A stretch of DNA of 64,000 bases, taken from the NCBI GenBank assembly GCA_964547465.1, contig CAZJNI010000005.1, positions 7,020 through 71,019 of the forward strand, in the 5' to 3' direction. This DNA comes from an uncultured Gammaproteobacteria bacterium (GTDB lineage: Bacteria > Patescibacteriota > Microgenomatia > Daviesbacterales > UBA10151). Of this stretch, positions 55,560 to 64,000 are shown one piece after another. Within the stretch, counting starts at the first letter, position 1. Each line of letters begins with the position of its first letter. The notes below the pieces were generated by a model. That model made no database searches. It worked only from the letters and a program-made list of their open reading frames with translations, and had not been told where the DNA came from. The position numbers and the translations under genes were made by a program.

Positions 55560-56384
55560 ATGAGTAGAAAATACTTTACTTCTTTTGACGGGGCAAAAAT
55601 TTATTATCATAAAACTGAAAAAGACAAGAATAAGTGGCTAATATTTTTACATGGGTTAGGAGGAGATTTAACCGGTTGGAAAAAAGAAAGAGGTTATTTT
55701 AGTAAAAAAGGATTCTCAACAATTGCCATGGATTTAAGGGGTCATGGCCTATCTGAAAGAAGAGAAAATAAAAATTTTTATAAGTTTGAAAACTTTGCCA
55801 AAGATGTGGAAAGCTTAATCCGGCAAGAGAAAATAACTGATGCGGTCATTATTGGTCATTGCCTGGGTGGGATTATCTCCATGTATTTTCAAGCCCAATT
55901 CCCAAATCAATCCAAGGCTTTGGTGTTAATTGATACAAGCTACAAACCGGCTTTTTTTGGGAAAAATTTCATCCCCAAGGTTTTAATGAATAAGATGATT
56001 GATCTTTTACTGACAGTGTCCTCTATCAAAAAAGCTTCAGGTCATGAAAAAGATGACCAGTTTGTTGGCACAAATGATATTGATTTAAGAAGACTTTTAT
56101 CAGATATCCTGCATACTTCCTTAAAAAGCTATCTGCTGGTTTTCAAAAGCATGGTAAATCTGGATGCCGAGGATATTTTAAAAAAAATCCTGGTCCCAAC
56201 CCTGGTGATAGAGGGCAGTAAAGACACAATTTTCCCGCCTAATTTGGCAGAAGATCTAAGCAAAAGAATCAAAAAATCCTATCTGCAGTTTGTTGAGGGA
56301 GCAAATCATATAATTGTTCTAAATAATCCTTATGATCTGGAGCAATCTATATTTGATTTTCTTAAAAAAATTAATTTTGTTTAA
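55560..56384 (+). CDS. Alpha/beta hydrolase. The nucleophile elbow reads GHCLGG, with Cys in place of Ser.
   Basis: HGLGGD near the N-terminus and IIGHCLGGIIS. Confidence 0.7.
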   Translation: MSRKYFTSFDGAKIYYHKTEKDKNKWLIFLHGLGGDLTGWKKERGYFSKKGFSTIAMDLRGHGLSERRENKNFYKFENFAKDVESLIRQEKITDAVIIGHCLGGIISMYFQAQFPNQSKALVLIDTSYKPAFFGKNFIPKVLMNKMIDLLLTVSSIKKASGHEKDDQFVGTNDIDLRRLLSDILHTSLKSYLLVFKSMVNLDAEDILKKILVPTLVIEGSKDTIFPPNLAEDLSKRIKKSYLQFVEGANHIIVLNNPYDLEQSIFDFLKKINFV

Positions 56385-56399
56385 AGCATATTAAGCTAG

Positions 56400-57416
56400 C
56401 TAAAAAAGGGTTTTTGCATACTCCAGATAATCTGGATATCCATGATCCTTCATAAAATACCACCACTCCAATCCCCAAAGATATTGGGTATCAATTCCCA
56501 CTTTTTGGGCATAATTTATATAACTTTGAAGTTTTGATAAAGGGAAAAACTGTACTTGAGCTTGTGGCTTACCCTTAAGTTCCGGGGTCCCTAACCAGGG
56601 TTCTGCCTGAAGCTCAATAATGATTGTTTTTTGATTACTTCTGGCAAATAACCTTCTGACAATTTGTGATTTTAGATTATAAAAATAGGGCAGGATGGGA
56701 TAGCGGGTATAACCCAGGATTGGGTTATAAACATCTCTATACAAAGTGGTGCCGAAAACATCAGACAGCTGCATTGGTAAAATCCAATTACCCAGCTCTC
56801 CTGAATCTGAAATAATAATTGTTTTATTAGATAAACTTCTTACCAGCTCCACCTCTTTTTTCAAAAAAGTTGAATCAGGATAATCACAATCCTGGCCAAA
56901 AAATGGCAGCAGCGGTTCGTTCTCTACCTGCCAGGAGGTAATTTCCGGACGGCTTCTATATCTTTCTACAGTAGTTTTAATAAACTGCAAAATCTGCTCC
57001 TGCCTGTCTTTTAAGCTTAAAGTTCTGGCCCACGGCGGTGTATGACATTCTGGCCAGCGGGGCTGTTTATTCCCAACAGTTAAAATTACCTCTACCCCAC
57101 TTTTAGATGCCTCATCCAGCATAAAATCACTTTCCGAAAAATCCAGCATCCCTTGTTTTTTCTCCACATTATCCCATTCTGTGGGTAATCTTAAGTTTTT
57201 AACTTTTAGATCATTTAAAACTGAAAGATAAGTTTTTTCCCAATCTAGCTTTAAAAACTTTGCATAAGAAGGTGAGAAGGTAACACCATATATTATTTTT
57301 GGGAAATTATAAACTTTATCAAAAACAGATTCTCCAACAAATGCCAAAATCACAATTATCAAAATTGCAGCAGAGATAAATAAAAAGGTTTTTAAAACAG
57401 TAGAGAAAAATGGCAC
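56400..57416 (-). CDS. Membrane-anchored glycoside hydrolase-like protein (GH5-like TIM barrel, tentative).
   Basis: N-terminal TM, and a WQVENEP catalytic-acid-like motif. Confidence 0.35.
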   Translation of the reverse strand: MPFFSTVLKTFLFISAAILIIVILAFVGESVFDKVYNFPKIIYGVTFSPSYAKFLKLDWEKTYLSVLNDLKVKNLRLPTEWDNVEKKQGMLDFSESDFMLDEASKSGVEVILTVGNKQPRWPECHTPPWARTLSLKDRQEQILQFIKTTVERYRSRPEITSWQVENEPLLPFFGQDCDYPDSTFLKKEVELVRSLSNKTIIISDSGELGNWILPMQLSDVFGTTLYRDVYNPILGYTRYPILPYFYNLKSQIVRRLFARSNQKTIIIELQAEPWLGTPELKGKPQAQVQFFPLSKLQSYINYAQKVGIDTQYLWGLEWWYFMKDHGYPDYLEYAKTLF

Positions 57417-57481
57417 AAATTCAATTTATCACAAATTTTTGACTGGGGGTAGCAAATGATATAATATAGATATCCCATAAT

Positions 57482-58672
57482 ATGAGGATCGCTTACTTTA
57501 CAGACACATACTACCCACAACTAAACGGCGTTGCCGTATCTGTTGGATATTTTGTTAAAAATTTAAAAAAAAAAGGCTTGAGGGTTTTTTTATTTGCTCC
57601 CAGGATGAAAGGCTTTAGAAATGATCATGAAGATACCCATCATCTACCTTCTATGAGAGTCTCACCTACTCTACCAGACTCAATCAGATTCCCTATACCA
57701 ATTCCCCATAAAAATTTTTGGCAAATTATCAGACGTGATTTTGATTTAGTTCACGCCCATGGAAACGGAGTATTCTCATTTTTAGGTTTTATTACTGCCA
57801 GGAGTAAAAAAGTTCCCTTTATCATGACTTTCCATACTCAAATGAGTCAATTTGCCCACTATTTTTTAAAAGGCAAAGTTCTAACAGCCAGCCACATTAA
57901 TAATATCTTTTTCAAAAGATTTGGGAATTTATGTGACGGGATAGTGGCTCCTTCAGAAAAAATGAAGCAGGAGCTGATAAAGTCTGGCGTCAAAAAGCCC
58001 ATTATTGTGATTCCAAATTTTGTAGAGTTTGATAAGTTTAAAGTTAAAGATGTCCAGTTCTTACGCAAAAATTATAATATTCCCAAAACTTATCCTATCC
58101 TTTTAGCTGTAGGAAGGTTGGGTAAAGAGAAAAACTTTGAATTTTTGCTCCATATTTTTCAACGCATAACAGAGCTTGATAATAAACCATACCTTGTCAT
58201 TGTTGGTGAGGGGGTAGATTTTAAAAAATTAAAAAAACTTTCTGAAAAATTGGGTATTGAAAAAAGAGTCAGGCTGACTGGTGGCATTCCCAATGATAAA
58301 ATGCCCTATGTTTATAAAGATGCGGATATTTTTGTTTTCCCGTCAGTTGCTGAAGTTCACCCGATGGTGGCAATTGAGGCTGCTGCATCTGGTTTACCTT
58401 TAATTGTGGCCAAAGACCAGGCTTATAAAGGAGTAGTTGTCAATGGTAAAAACGGTTATGCCCTACCCCTGGATTGGGAAATATTTACCAAAAGAATTAT
58501 TTCTCTTCTTAAAGACACTGAAAAAATGAGTGAATTCTCCAAAAATTCTCCATTAATTGTTAAAGAAAACTTTAATTCAGAAAAATTAATTAGAAAACTT
58601 CTAAGATTCTACGAAAAAATTCTTAAAAATTATCATCCTTCTCAATCAGACACTTTTGCGAGCGCTCCATAA
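57482..58672 (+). CDS. Glycosyltransferase family 4.
   Basis: GT-B architecture, with EVHPMVAIEAAASGLPLIV. Confidence 0.8.
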   Translation: MRIAYFTDTYYPQLNGVAVSVGYFVKNLKKKGLRVFLFAPRMKGFRNDHEDTHHLPSMRVSPTLPDSIRFPIPIPHKNFWQIIRRDFDLVHAHGNGVFSFLGFITARSKKVPFIMTFHTQMSQFAHYFLKGKVLTASHINNIFFKRFGNLCDGIVAPSEKMKQELIKSGVKKPIIVIPNFVEFDKFKVKDVQFLRKNYNIPKTYPILLAVGRLGKEKNFEFLLHIFQRITELDNKPYLVIVGEGVDFKKLKKLSEKLGIEKRVRLTGGIPNDKMPYVYKDADIFVFPSVAEVHPMVAIEAAASGLPLIVAKDQAYKGVVVNGKNGYALPLDWEIFTKRIISLLKDTEKMSEFSKNSPLIVKENFNSEKLIRKLLRFYEKILKNYHPSQSDTFASAP

Positions 58673-59234
58673 GGATTACCCTTTCTGTATCATTTAAACT
58701 GGCAGAGGTTGAGGCTTCAAGGATAAATAAATTACAAACAGGCAATCTGGCATCACTTGGAACATCCGCTCTTCCGATTACTCTATTTAAAGCAGACCTG
58801 ATGGACATTTTGGCTCTTAAATTTGAAACTTGAGCATAAATTTTCTCCAGAGTTTTGAGATGAATAGGAAGATTCTGTTTAATACTGGTTGCAATTTCCT
58901 GATCTTTCAAATCCTTATCCGGCAACCTTGATATATAAAACCAATATCTCTCCAAAGTAGGCTCAATTAAATCCTGTCTGTTTGTGGATACTAGCGTTTT
59001 TGCCTCTCTCAATCTTCTGGTGGCAAACTCTAAATTTCTGATTAATTTAACTCTTGGTGTTAGGGCCAAGCGCCATTCCAGATCTTCCCTGACTGTTTTT
59101 AAAAAATAGATTGGGGAGGTTGGATCAATACGGGAAGTCCCGATATCATCATCGTATGCAAAAGTACTTCCACAAAATCCTAAAAAAATCAGAGCTGTCA
59201 GGAAAAAGATTAAAGGAATAATGGTAACGCGCAT
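58623..59234 (-). CDS. Secreted hypothetical protein.
   Basis: Signal peptide MRVTIIPLIFFLTALIFLGFCGSTFA. Confidence 0.5.
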   Translation of the reverse strand: MRVTIIPLIFFLTALIFLGFCGSTFAYDDDIGTSRIDPTSPIYFLKTVREDLEWRLALTPRVKLIRNLEFATRRLREAKTLVSTNRQDLIEPTLERYWFYISRLPDKDLKDQEIATSIKQNLPIHLKTLEKIYAQVSNLRAKMSIRSALNRVIGRADVPSDARLPVCNLFILEASTSASLNDTERVILMERSQKCLIEKDDNF

Positions 59235-59256
59235 ACAAAGATCTTACCACAAAAAG

Positions 59257-59661
59257 TCAGCTTTTTTTCTCGCCCACAATTTTTTCAAATTCTTTTGCTA
59301 GCTTTATATCAAAAGTTTTAAATTCTGTCACTCCCGCCATTTTTGAAAATGCAAGATTGTAACAGTCCTCCAAACCTATAACTGATTTTTCATAAAAAGC
59401 AAGACTTTCCTGTAATAGCTGTTTTTCCGGGAATATTATGCTTAAATTAAGTATTTTAGATAGGATTTCTACCAAAAATGATTTATCTTTTTTGTAGAAA
59501 GATTTTAATACAAAGTGTATTTCAAAAAATACCACCGAGGAAGTAATTAATTCAATTTCCCCTTTTGCAGCTCCAAGAAAAAGTTTTTTAGCTTCTAAAT
59601 ATTGAAGTTTATTCTCTCGTAAAATGAATCTTAAAAAATAATTAGTATCAACAAAAATCAT
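59257..59661 (-). CDS. vapC: PIN-domain ribonuclease toxin (VapC).
   Basis: MIFVDTNYFLRF and acidic PIN residues. It overlaps the upstream antitoxin. Confidence 0.75.
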   Translation of the reverse strand: MIFVDTNYFLRFILRENKLQYLEAKKLFLGAAKGEIELITSSVVFFEIHFVLKSFYKKDKSFLVEILSKILNLSIIFPEKQLLQESLAFYEKSVIGLEDCYNLAFSKMAGVTEFKTFDIKLAKEFEKIVGEKKS

Positions 59662-59918
59662 TTGGAGCTATATTTACTTTTATAATATTCATCCCGCGCT
59701 TCATCAATAATTTGATCCAAATTTTTACCTTTCCATTTTTTGGGCATAGGTACAGAACCTGCCAACTCCTCAACTAGCCTTTCTGCTGAAGTAATTTTTA
59801 AGCTACCATTTTCCTCTGATACTATTACCCTCTGGCCTATCTGCAACCTAGCTTTTCTAAAAATTTCAGCCGGGATGGTTAACTGTTTTTTACTGGTAAT
59901 GGTGGCCATTTGATTCAT
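59658..59918 (-). CDS. vapB: AbrB/MazE-type antitoxin (VapB).
   Basis: SpoVT/AbrB-like ITSKKQLTIPAEIFRKARLQIGQRVIV. Confidence 0.7.
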   Translation of the reverse strand: MNQMATITSKKQLTIPAEIFRKARLQIGQRVIVSEENGSLKITSAERLVEELAGSVPMPKKWKGKNLDQIIDEARDEYYKSKYSSK

Positions 59919-59996
59919 ACAAGGTAATTATATCATATGCAAGGAGAATTTTTATTTGCAAGGTAAATGCCCACAAAATCCGCTAAAGGTCTTCTT

Positions 59997-61841
59997 CTAG
60001 TTTCCTTTCTTCTTACCCACAATTTTTTCAAATTCATCAGATTCCAGGGTTTCTTTTTCCAGTAAGGCTTTGGCTACTTTATCAAGCTTAAGTTTGTGTT
60101 GTTTTAAAATAATGACTGCATTTTTAAAAGACGAATCCATAATTTTTTTTATTTCTTTATCAACCGCATTATGCAAATCAGGCGACATTTCCCCGCTATC
60201 ATCCATTCCCCTCCAGACTACAAACATCGACTTTGATTGCATAGTGATTGGACCCAAAGAGGACATGCCATATTCCATTACCATTTGTCTGGCAATTTGG
60301 GTTGCAACAGAAATGTCAGAAGCTGCACCTGTTGAGATATCTCTAAATTCCATCTCCTCCGCAGCCTGTCCACCTAAAGCAGCACTAATTTGTTCAAGTA
60401 AGCGAGATTTGGTTTCATTTGACCTATCTTCTGTGGGAGGAAAAAGTGTATGCCCACCAGACATGCCTCTTGAGACAATAGAAATTCGATGAACCGGGTC
60501 AACATTTTTCAAAAAATGTCCCACAATGGCATGACCTGCTTCATGATATGCTGCCAGTTTTCTGTCTCTTTCTGATTGCATTCTCTTCCTTTGTGGCCCT
60601 AATTTTTCCTTGGTGGCTGCTTCTTCCAAATCTTTTGCATCTATGGCTTTTTTGCCTTCCCTGGCTGCTAAAATTGCCGCCTCATTTAACATATTGGCCA
60701 AATCTGCACCTGAAAAACCAACTGTACGTCTTGCTAATTTTTCTGTTGAAACCTCTTTGGTAAAAGGCTTTCCTTTCATATGAAGTTCAATAATGGCTTT
60801 TCTCTCCACCAAATCAGGCAGGGATAAAACCACTCTTCTGTCAAACCTTCCGGGTCTTACCAAAGCTGAATCCAAAAGGTCTGGCCTATTAGTTGCAGCA
60901 ATCACAATCACATGATCAGTTTGAGTAAACCCATCCATCTCCACCAATATCTGATTTAGTGTTTGCTCCCGCTCATCATGCCCGCCAGAAAACCCCATGC
61001 CTCTTTGTCTGCCAATTGATTCCACCTCATCTATAAAAATGATTGCCGGGGCTGCTTTTTTGGCCTGGGCAAACATGTCGCGGACTCTGGCAGCACCAAC
61101 TCCCACCAGCATTTCCATAAATTCTGATCCGGCAATTGAGAAAAAAGGCACTCCTGCCTCCCCTGCCACAGCCCTGGCAAGTAAAGTTTTTCCAACTCCG
61201 GCCGGTCCCACCATTAAAACTCCTTTGGGGATTCTGGCACCCAAAGCTTTAAATTTATCCGGAGTTTTTAAAAACTCCACTACTTCAGTTAACTCTCTTT
61301 TTGCCTCCTCTGCCCCAGCTACATCGCTGAATTTAATTTGCGGAGCATCTTTGGTAAAAAGTTTAGCTTTAGATTGGGCAAAAGAAAATATTCCCTGACC
61401 TGCTTCCCTGGCATTTCTGAAAAGTAGAAACATCAGTCCTACTAAAAGTAGAATAGGCAAAATGGCAGATAAAAGCCCAATCCAGGCTTGCTGGATAGAT
61501 AAATCTTTTACTTCAACAGTGACAGTTTTGGGATCAACACCGCTAGATTGCAGGATTTTATAAATTGATTCTCCCGGCTCTTTTCTGGAAGTTAGTTTTT
61601 GATCAGAGTCCTTAACATCAGCAGTTACTTTATCCCCTTCTAAAGAAAGTTTCGTAACTTTGCCGTCTTTGACATCATTTATAATTTGAGATATTGGCAC
61701 ATCAGTGCCTGTTGTAGGAGAACCTGAAACCTGATAAAAAAAGATTAAAGCTGCAAAAGCAATTAAAAGATAAACTGCTAAGCCTTTGACTAAACCTAAA
61801 ATCTTTTTATTTAAATTAATTCTCCTTTTACCATTTGCCAT
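59997..61841 (-). CDS. ftsH: ATP-dependent zinc metalloprotease FtsH.
   Basis: Walker [12 protein letters not shown], and HEAGH zinc motif. Confidence 0.95.
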   Translation of the reverse strand: MANGKRRINLNKKILGLVKGLAVYLLIAFAALIFFYQVSGSPTTGTDVPISQIINDVKDGKVTKLSLEGDKVTADVKDSDQKLTSRKEPGESIYKILQSSGVDPKTVTVEVKDLSIQQAWIGLLSAILPILLLVGLMFLLFRNAREAGQGIFSFAQSKAKLFTKDAPQIKFSDVAGAEEAKRELTEVVEFLKTPDKFKALGARIPKGVLMVGPAGVGKTLLARAVAGEAGVPFFSIAGSEFMEMLVGVGAARVRDMFAQAKKAAPAIIFIDEVESIGRQRGMGFSGGHDEREQTLNQILVEMDGFTQTDHVIVIAATNRPDLLDSALVRPGRFDRRVVLSLPDLVERKAIIELHMKGKPFTKEVSTEKLARRTVGFSGADLANMLNEAAILAAREGKKAIDAKDLEEAATKEKLGPQRKRMQSERDRKLAAYHEAGHAIVGHFLKNVDPVHRISIVSRGMSGGHTLFPPTEDRSNETKSRLLEQISAALGGQAAEEMEFRDISTGAASDISVATQIARQMVMEYGMSSLGPITMQSKSMFVVWRGMDDSGEMSPDLHNAVDKEIKKIMDSSFKNAVIILKQHKLKLDKVAKALLEKETLESDEFEKIVGKKKGN

Positions 61842-61877
61842 ATTAGGGGAAAGTTTAGCACAGTCAGCTTGGAATTG

Positions 61878-62219
61878 CTACCTCACCTTGGTGCCTGGAG
61901 AAACTTTTTTAGGGGTAGTTAAAAATACTGGGCCATCATCAGTATCTGCTGCCAACATCATCCCCTGAGATTCTATTCCCATCATAATGCGCGGTTTTAA
62001 ATTAGCCACTACTACTACTTGTTTACCCACAAAATCCTTGGGTTTATACCACTGTTTTACCCCAGCCAGGATTTGTCTTGGATTCTCTTCTCCTAAATCC
62101 ACCTTTAATTTTATCAGCTTTTCAGATCCTTTTACTTCTTCTGCTTCTAATACAGTTCCAACTCTAAATTCAACTTTGGCAAAATCATCAAAATTAATCA
62201 TGTTTAATAAGTTTTCCAA
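61878..62219 (-). CDS. tRNA-binding domain protein (CsaA/Trbp111-like).
   Basis: KVEFRVGTVLEAEEV...KLKVDLGEE matches the OB-fold tRNA-binding signature. Confidence 0.7.
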   Translation of the reverse strand: MENLLNMINFDDFAKVEFRVGTVLEAEEVKGSEKLIKLKVDLGEENPRQILAGVKQWYKPKDFVGKQVVVVANLKPRIMMGIESQGMMLAADTDDGPVFLTTPKKVSPGTKVR

Positions 62220-62263
62220 GTACCAAATTACAAGTATTCCAAAAAATAATCAATTACCAAATT

Positions 62264-62617
62264 CTAAATAGACTTTTTAATCATTGTTGAAAACATCCTT
62301 ATAAATTCAGTTGATTCCCCAATTAACGGGTCTATAGTTCCTTTGAGGCCCTGGTTATTGTGTAATATAAGCTCTAACCAATACCTGGTTTCTTTTGCTT
62401 CTTTTCTACATATCCTAATTCTCATATAAAAGTCTTTCTTGCCTAGAGCTTCATTTGCTTCTCTATAGTTTGCACCAACAGATCCTGCAGATCTTACAAT
62501 TTGGCTGATCAATTCAAAATTTACAGAGTTTTTAGGAAGTATTTTCACTAAATCAATGATCCTTTTTGAGAAGTTTAATGTTCTATCTTCAAGATCAAAT
62601 TTGCGATCATTGGTCAT
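62264..62617 (-). CDS. Four-helix-bundle protein (23S rRNA intervening-sequence protein family, TIGR02436).
   Basis: GANYREANEA motif. Confidence 0.7.
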   Translation of the reverse strand: MTNDRKFDLEDRTLNFSKRIIDLVKILPKNSVNFELISQIVRSAGSVGANYREANEALGKKDFYMRIRICRKEAKETRYWLELILHNNQGLKGTIDPLIGESTEFIRMFSTMIKKSI

Positions 62618-62671
62618 TTATGTTTATTATTTGGTTTTTACTTTGGTACTTGGTTTTTGGATACTTGGTAC

Positions 62672-63703
62672 TTATGGATTACTGAAGTAATCCATCTTCA
62701 TTGCCTTTTTAACCTCTTCTAATGTTTTCTGGGCTTCTGCACGGGCTTTTACAGTTCCTTCTTTTAAGATCTTTTCCACCAGTTCTGGCTGATTTTCAAA
62801 TTCAGCACGTTTTTTTCTGATAGGTTCCAGGAAATTATTTAAAACTTTTACCAGATACTTTTTTACCTCAATATCACCTACTTGGCCTTTTGTATAAGAT
62901 AACTTATAACTTATAACTTGTGACTTGTCAGCATCAGAGCCAAATGCATCTAAATAAATAAACACAGGATTTCCTTCAACTGTTCCAGGATCAGTTGCAT
63001 GTATTCTATTAGGATCTGTATACATACTCATGACCTTTTTTTCTACTTCTTCCGGAGAATCTGAAAGATTTATCACATTCCCAGCTGATTTACTCATTTT
63101 GGCTTTACCATCTGTACCTGGTAAAGTACCTAGATCTTGGGGAACCAGAGCTTCTGGAACAGGTAAAGTTTTACCATATATTTTGTTAAATTCCCTGGCT
63201 ATTTCTCTGGTTACTTCAATATGGGAAACCTGATCTTTACCAACTGGCACAAGATGTGCCCTGGGCATTAAAATATCTGCAGCCTGAAGTACTGGATAAC
63301 CTAATAAACCATAAGATGGAGTTTGAATTTGGGCATCTCTCATCACATCTTTTAAAGTAGGAACGCGTTCCAGTCTGGGAGTAGTCACCAGATTTGCAAA
63401 AATTACAGCTAATTCCCCTACTTCTGGAATTTGGGATTGAACATAAATAGTAGATTTTTCCGGATCAATTCCCACAGATAAATAATCCAATACCATCTGA
63501 TAGATATTTTCTTTAAGATCTGCTGTTTTTTCCGGTCTGGTGGTTAAAGTGTGCAAATCAGCAATAATAAAAAAGCACTCGTACTCATCCTGCAGCCTCA
63601 CGCGGTTGCGCAGGCTACCTATATAGTGCCCTAAATGCAACTTCCCTGTTGGCCTATCCCCTGTTAGTATGCGTTTCATGCTTTTATTATACCTCCCTTT
63701 CAT
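62672..63703 (-). CDS. trpS: Tryptophan--tRNA ligase.
   Basis: HIGH region TGDRPTGKLHLGH and KMSKS. Confidence 0.92.
   Translation of the reverse strand: MKGRYNKSMKRILTGDRPTGKLHLGHYIGSLRNRVRLQDEYECFFIIADLHTLTTRPEKTADLKENIYQMVLDYLSVGIDPEKSTIYVQSQIPEVGELAVIFANLVTTPRLERVPTLKDVMRDAQIQTPSYGLLGYPVLQAADILMPRAHLVPVGKDQVSHIEVTREIAREFNKIYGKTLPVPEALVPQDLGTLPGTDGKAKMSKSAGNVINLSDSPEEVEKKVMSMYTDPNRIHATDPGTVEGNPVFIYLDAFGSDADKSQVISYKLSYTKGQVGDIEVKKYLVKVLNNFLEPIRKKRAEFENQPELVEKILKEGTVKARAEAQKTLEEVKKAMKMDYFSNP
62899..62926. repeat. Heptamer tandem repeat (ATAACTT) x3 plus GTGACTT inside trpS.
   Basis: Period-7 repeat. Confidence 0.85.
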
Positions 63704-63828
63704 TAAAAAAGCCCTTGTTTAAACAAGGGCCAATCTTATTGCTCTGCTCCCCGGTTTCCAACCTTCCGGATCAAAGCGTTTATGCATTAATTATATCATT
63801 TTATTAAAAGAAAATCAAAACTAATCTT

Positions 63829-64000
63829 TATCTGACTTTTAATAAAGAATCAACTGGAATATAGGGCTTTCTGGGTAGTGGAAGAGGCTGTCTGACAACA
63901 ATTAGCTGACCTGCTCTTATCGCTTCAGCAGGAAATTCTACCAACCCATATTTTCCAGTTAATAATCGAACTAAATCCATATCTTCTGGATTTAAACCCA
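63829..64000 (-). CDS. 3' end of a minus-strand gene truncated by the window edge (hypothetical).
   Basis: The frame is open to the edge and ends ...SLLKVR*. Confidence 0.3.

Noticed and set aside
1-64000. Search for tRNA, rRNA and CRISPR arrays
   Set aside because: The few intergenic segments lack cloverleaf-compatible GC-rich ~75-nt stretches and contain no rRNA-like conserved blocks. None is called. tRNAscan and Infernal should confirm this.

Overview
This 64 kb window looks like a low-GC (~35-38%) genome in the style of the Candidate Phyla Radiation. Coding density is high. It carries a near-complete archaeal-type mevalonate/isoprenoid cluster: uppS, a trans-prenyl synthase, HMG-CoA reductase, HMG-CoA synthase, thiolase, a DUF35 protein, two GHMP kinases, two Idi-like Nudix proteins and MVD. 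It also carries a pyrimidine operon (pyrC-GNAT-pyrB-carA-carB) and a set of housekeeping genes: pth, recF, fpg, polA, an ATP-dependent ligase, an EndoQ-like protein, ftsH, trpS, class I fba and glpX. The accessory content includes two paralogous type-IV-pilin fusion genes with different C-terminal domains, separated by three tiny translationally coupled hydrophobic ORFs. It also includes several Pro/Thr-linker surface proteins and three toxin-antitoxin modules. The first is an AbiEii-like pair inserted between 44-bp direct repeats. The second is a HigB/HigA-like pair, and the third is VapBC. A Fic/PaaX-like/GGDEF cluster lies in the middle of the window. Four features on the DNA itself stand out. 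First, about 10 copies of a 60-115 bp palindromic MITE-like element (GTCATTGCGAG-hairpin-GTGGCAATC...CTCGCAATGAC) are present. At least six are inserted in-frame inside essential genes: mvk, the ligase, recF, fpg, polA and the EndoQ-like gene, in the manner of Rickettsia RPEs. Second, many 7-nt (and some 9-nt) tandem microsatellites of 3-5 units sit in-frame inside housekeeping genes. Third, a dispersed intergenic motif, TTCCCAAAATTTCTTTTCTGG, recurs at least eight times. Fourth, two copies of a ~160-nt structured non-coding element show compensatory base changes in three stems, and I cannot assign them to a known RNA family. I found no rRNA, tRNA or CRISPR array.
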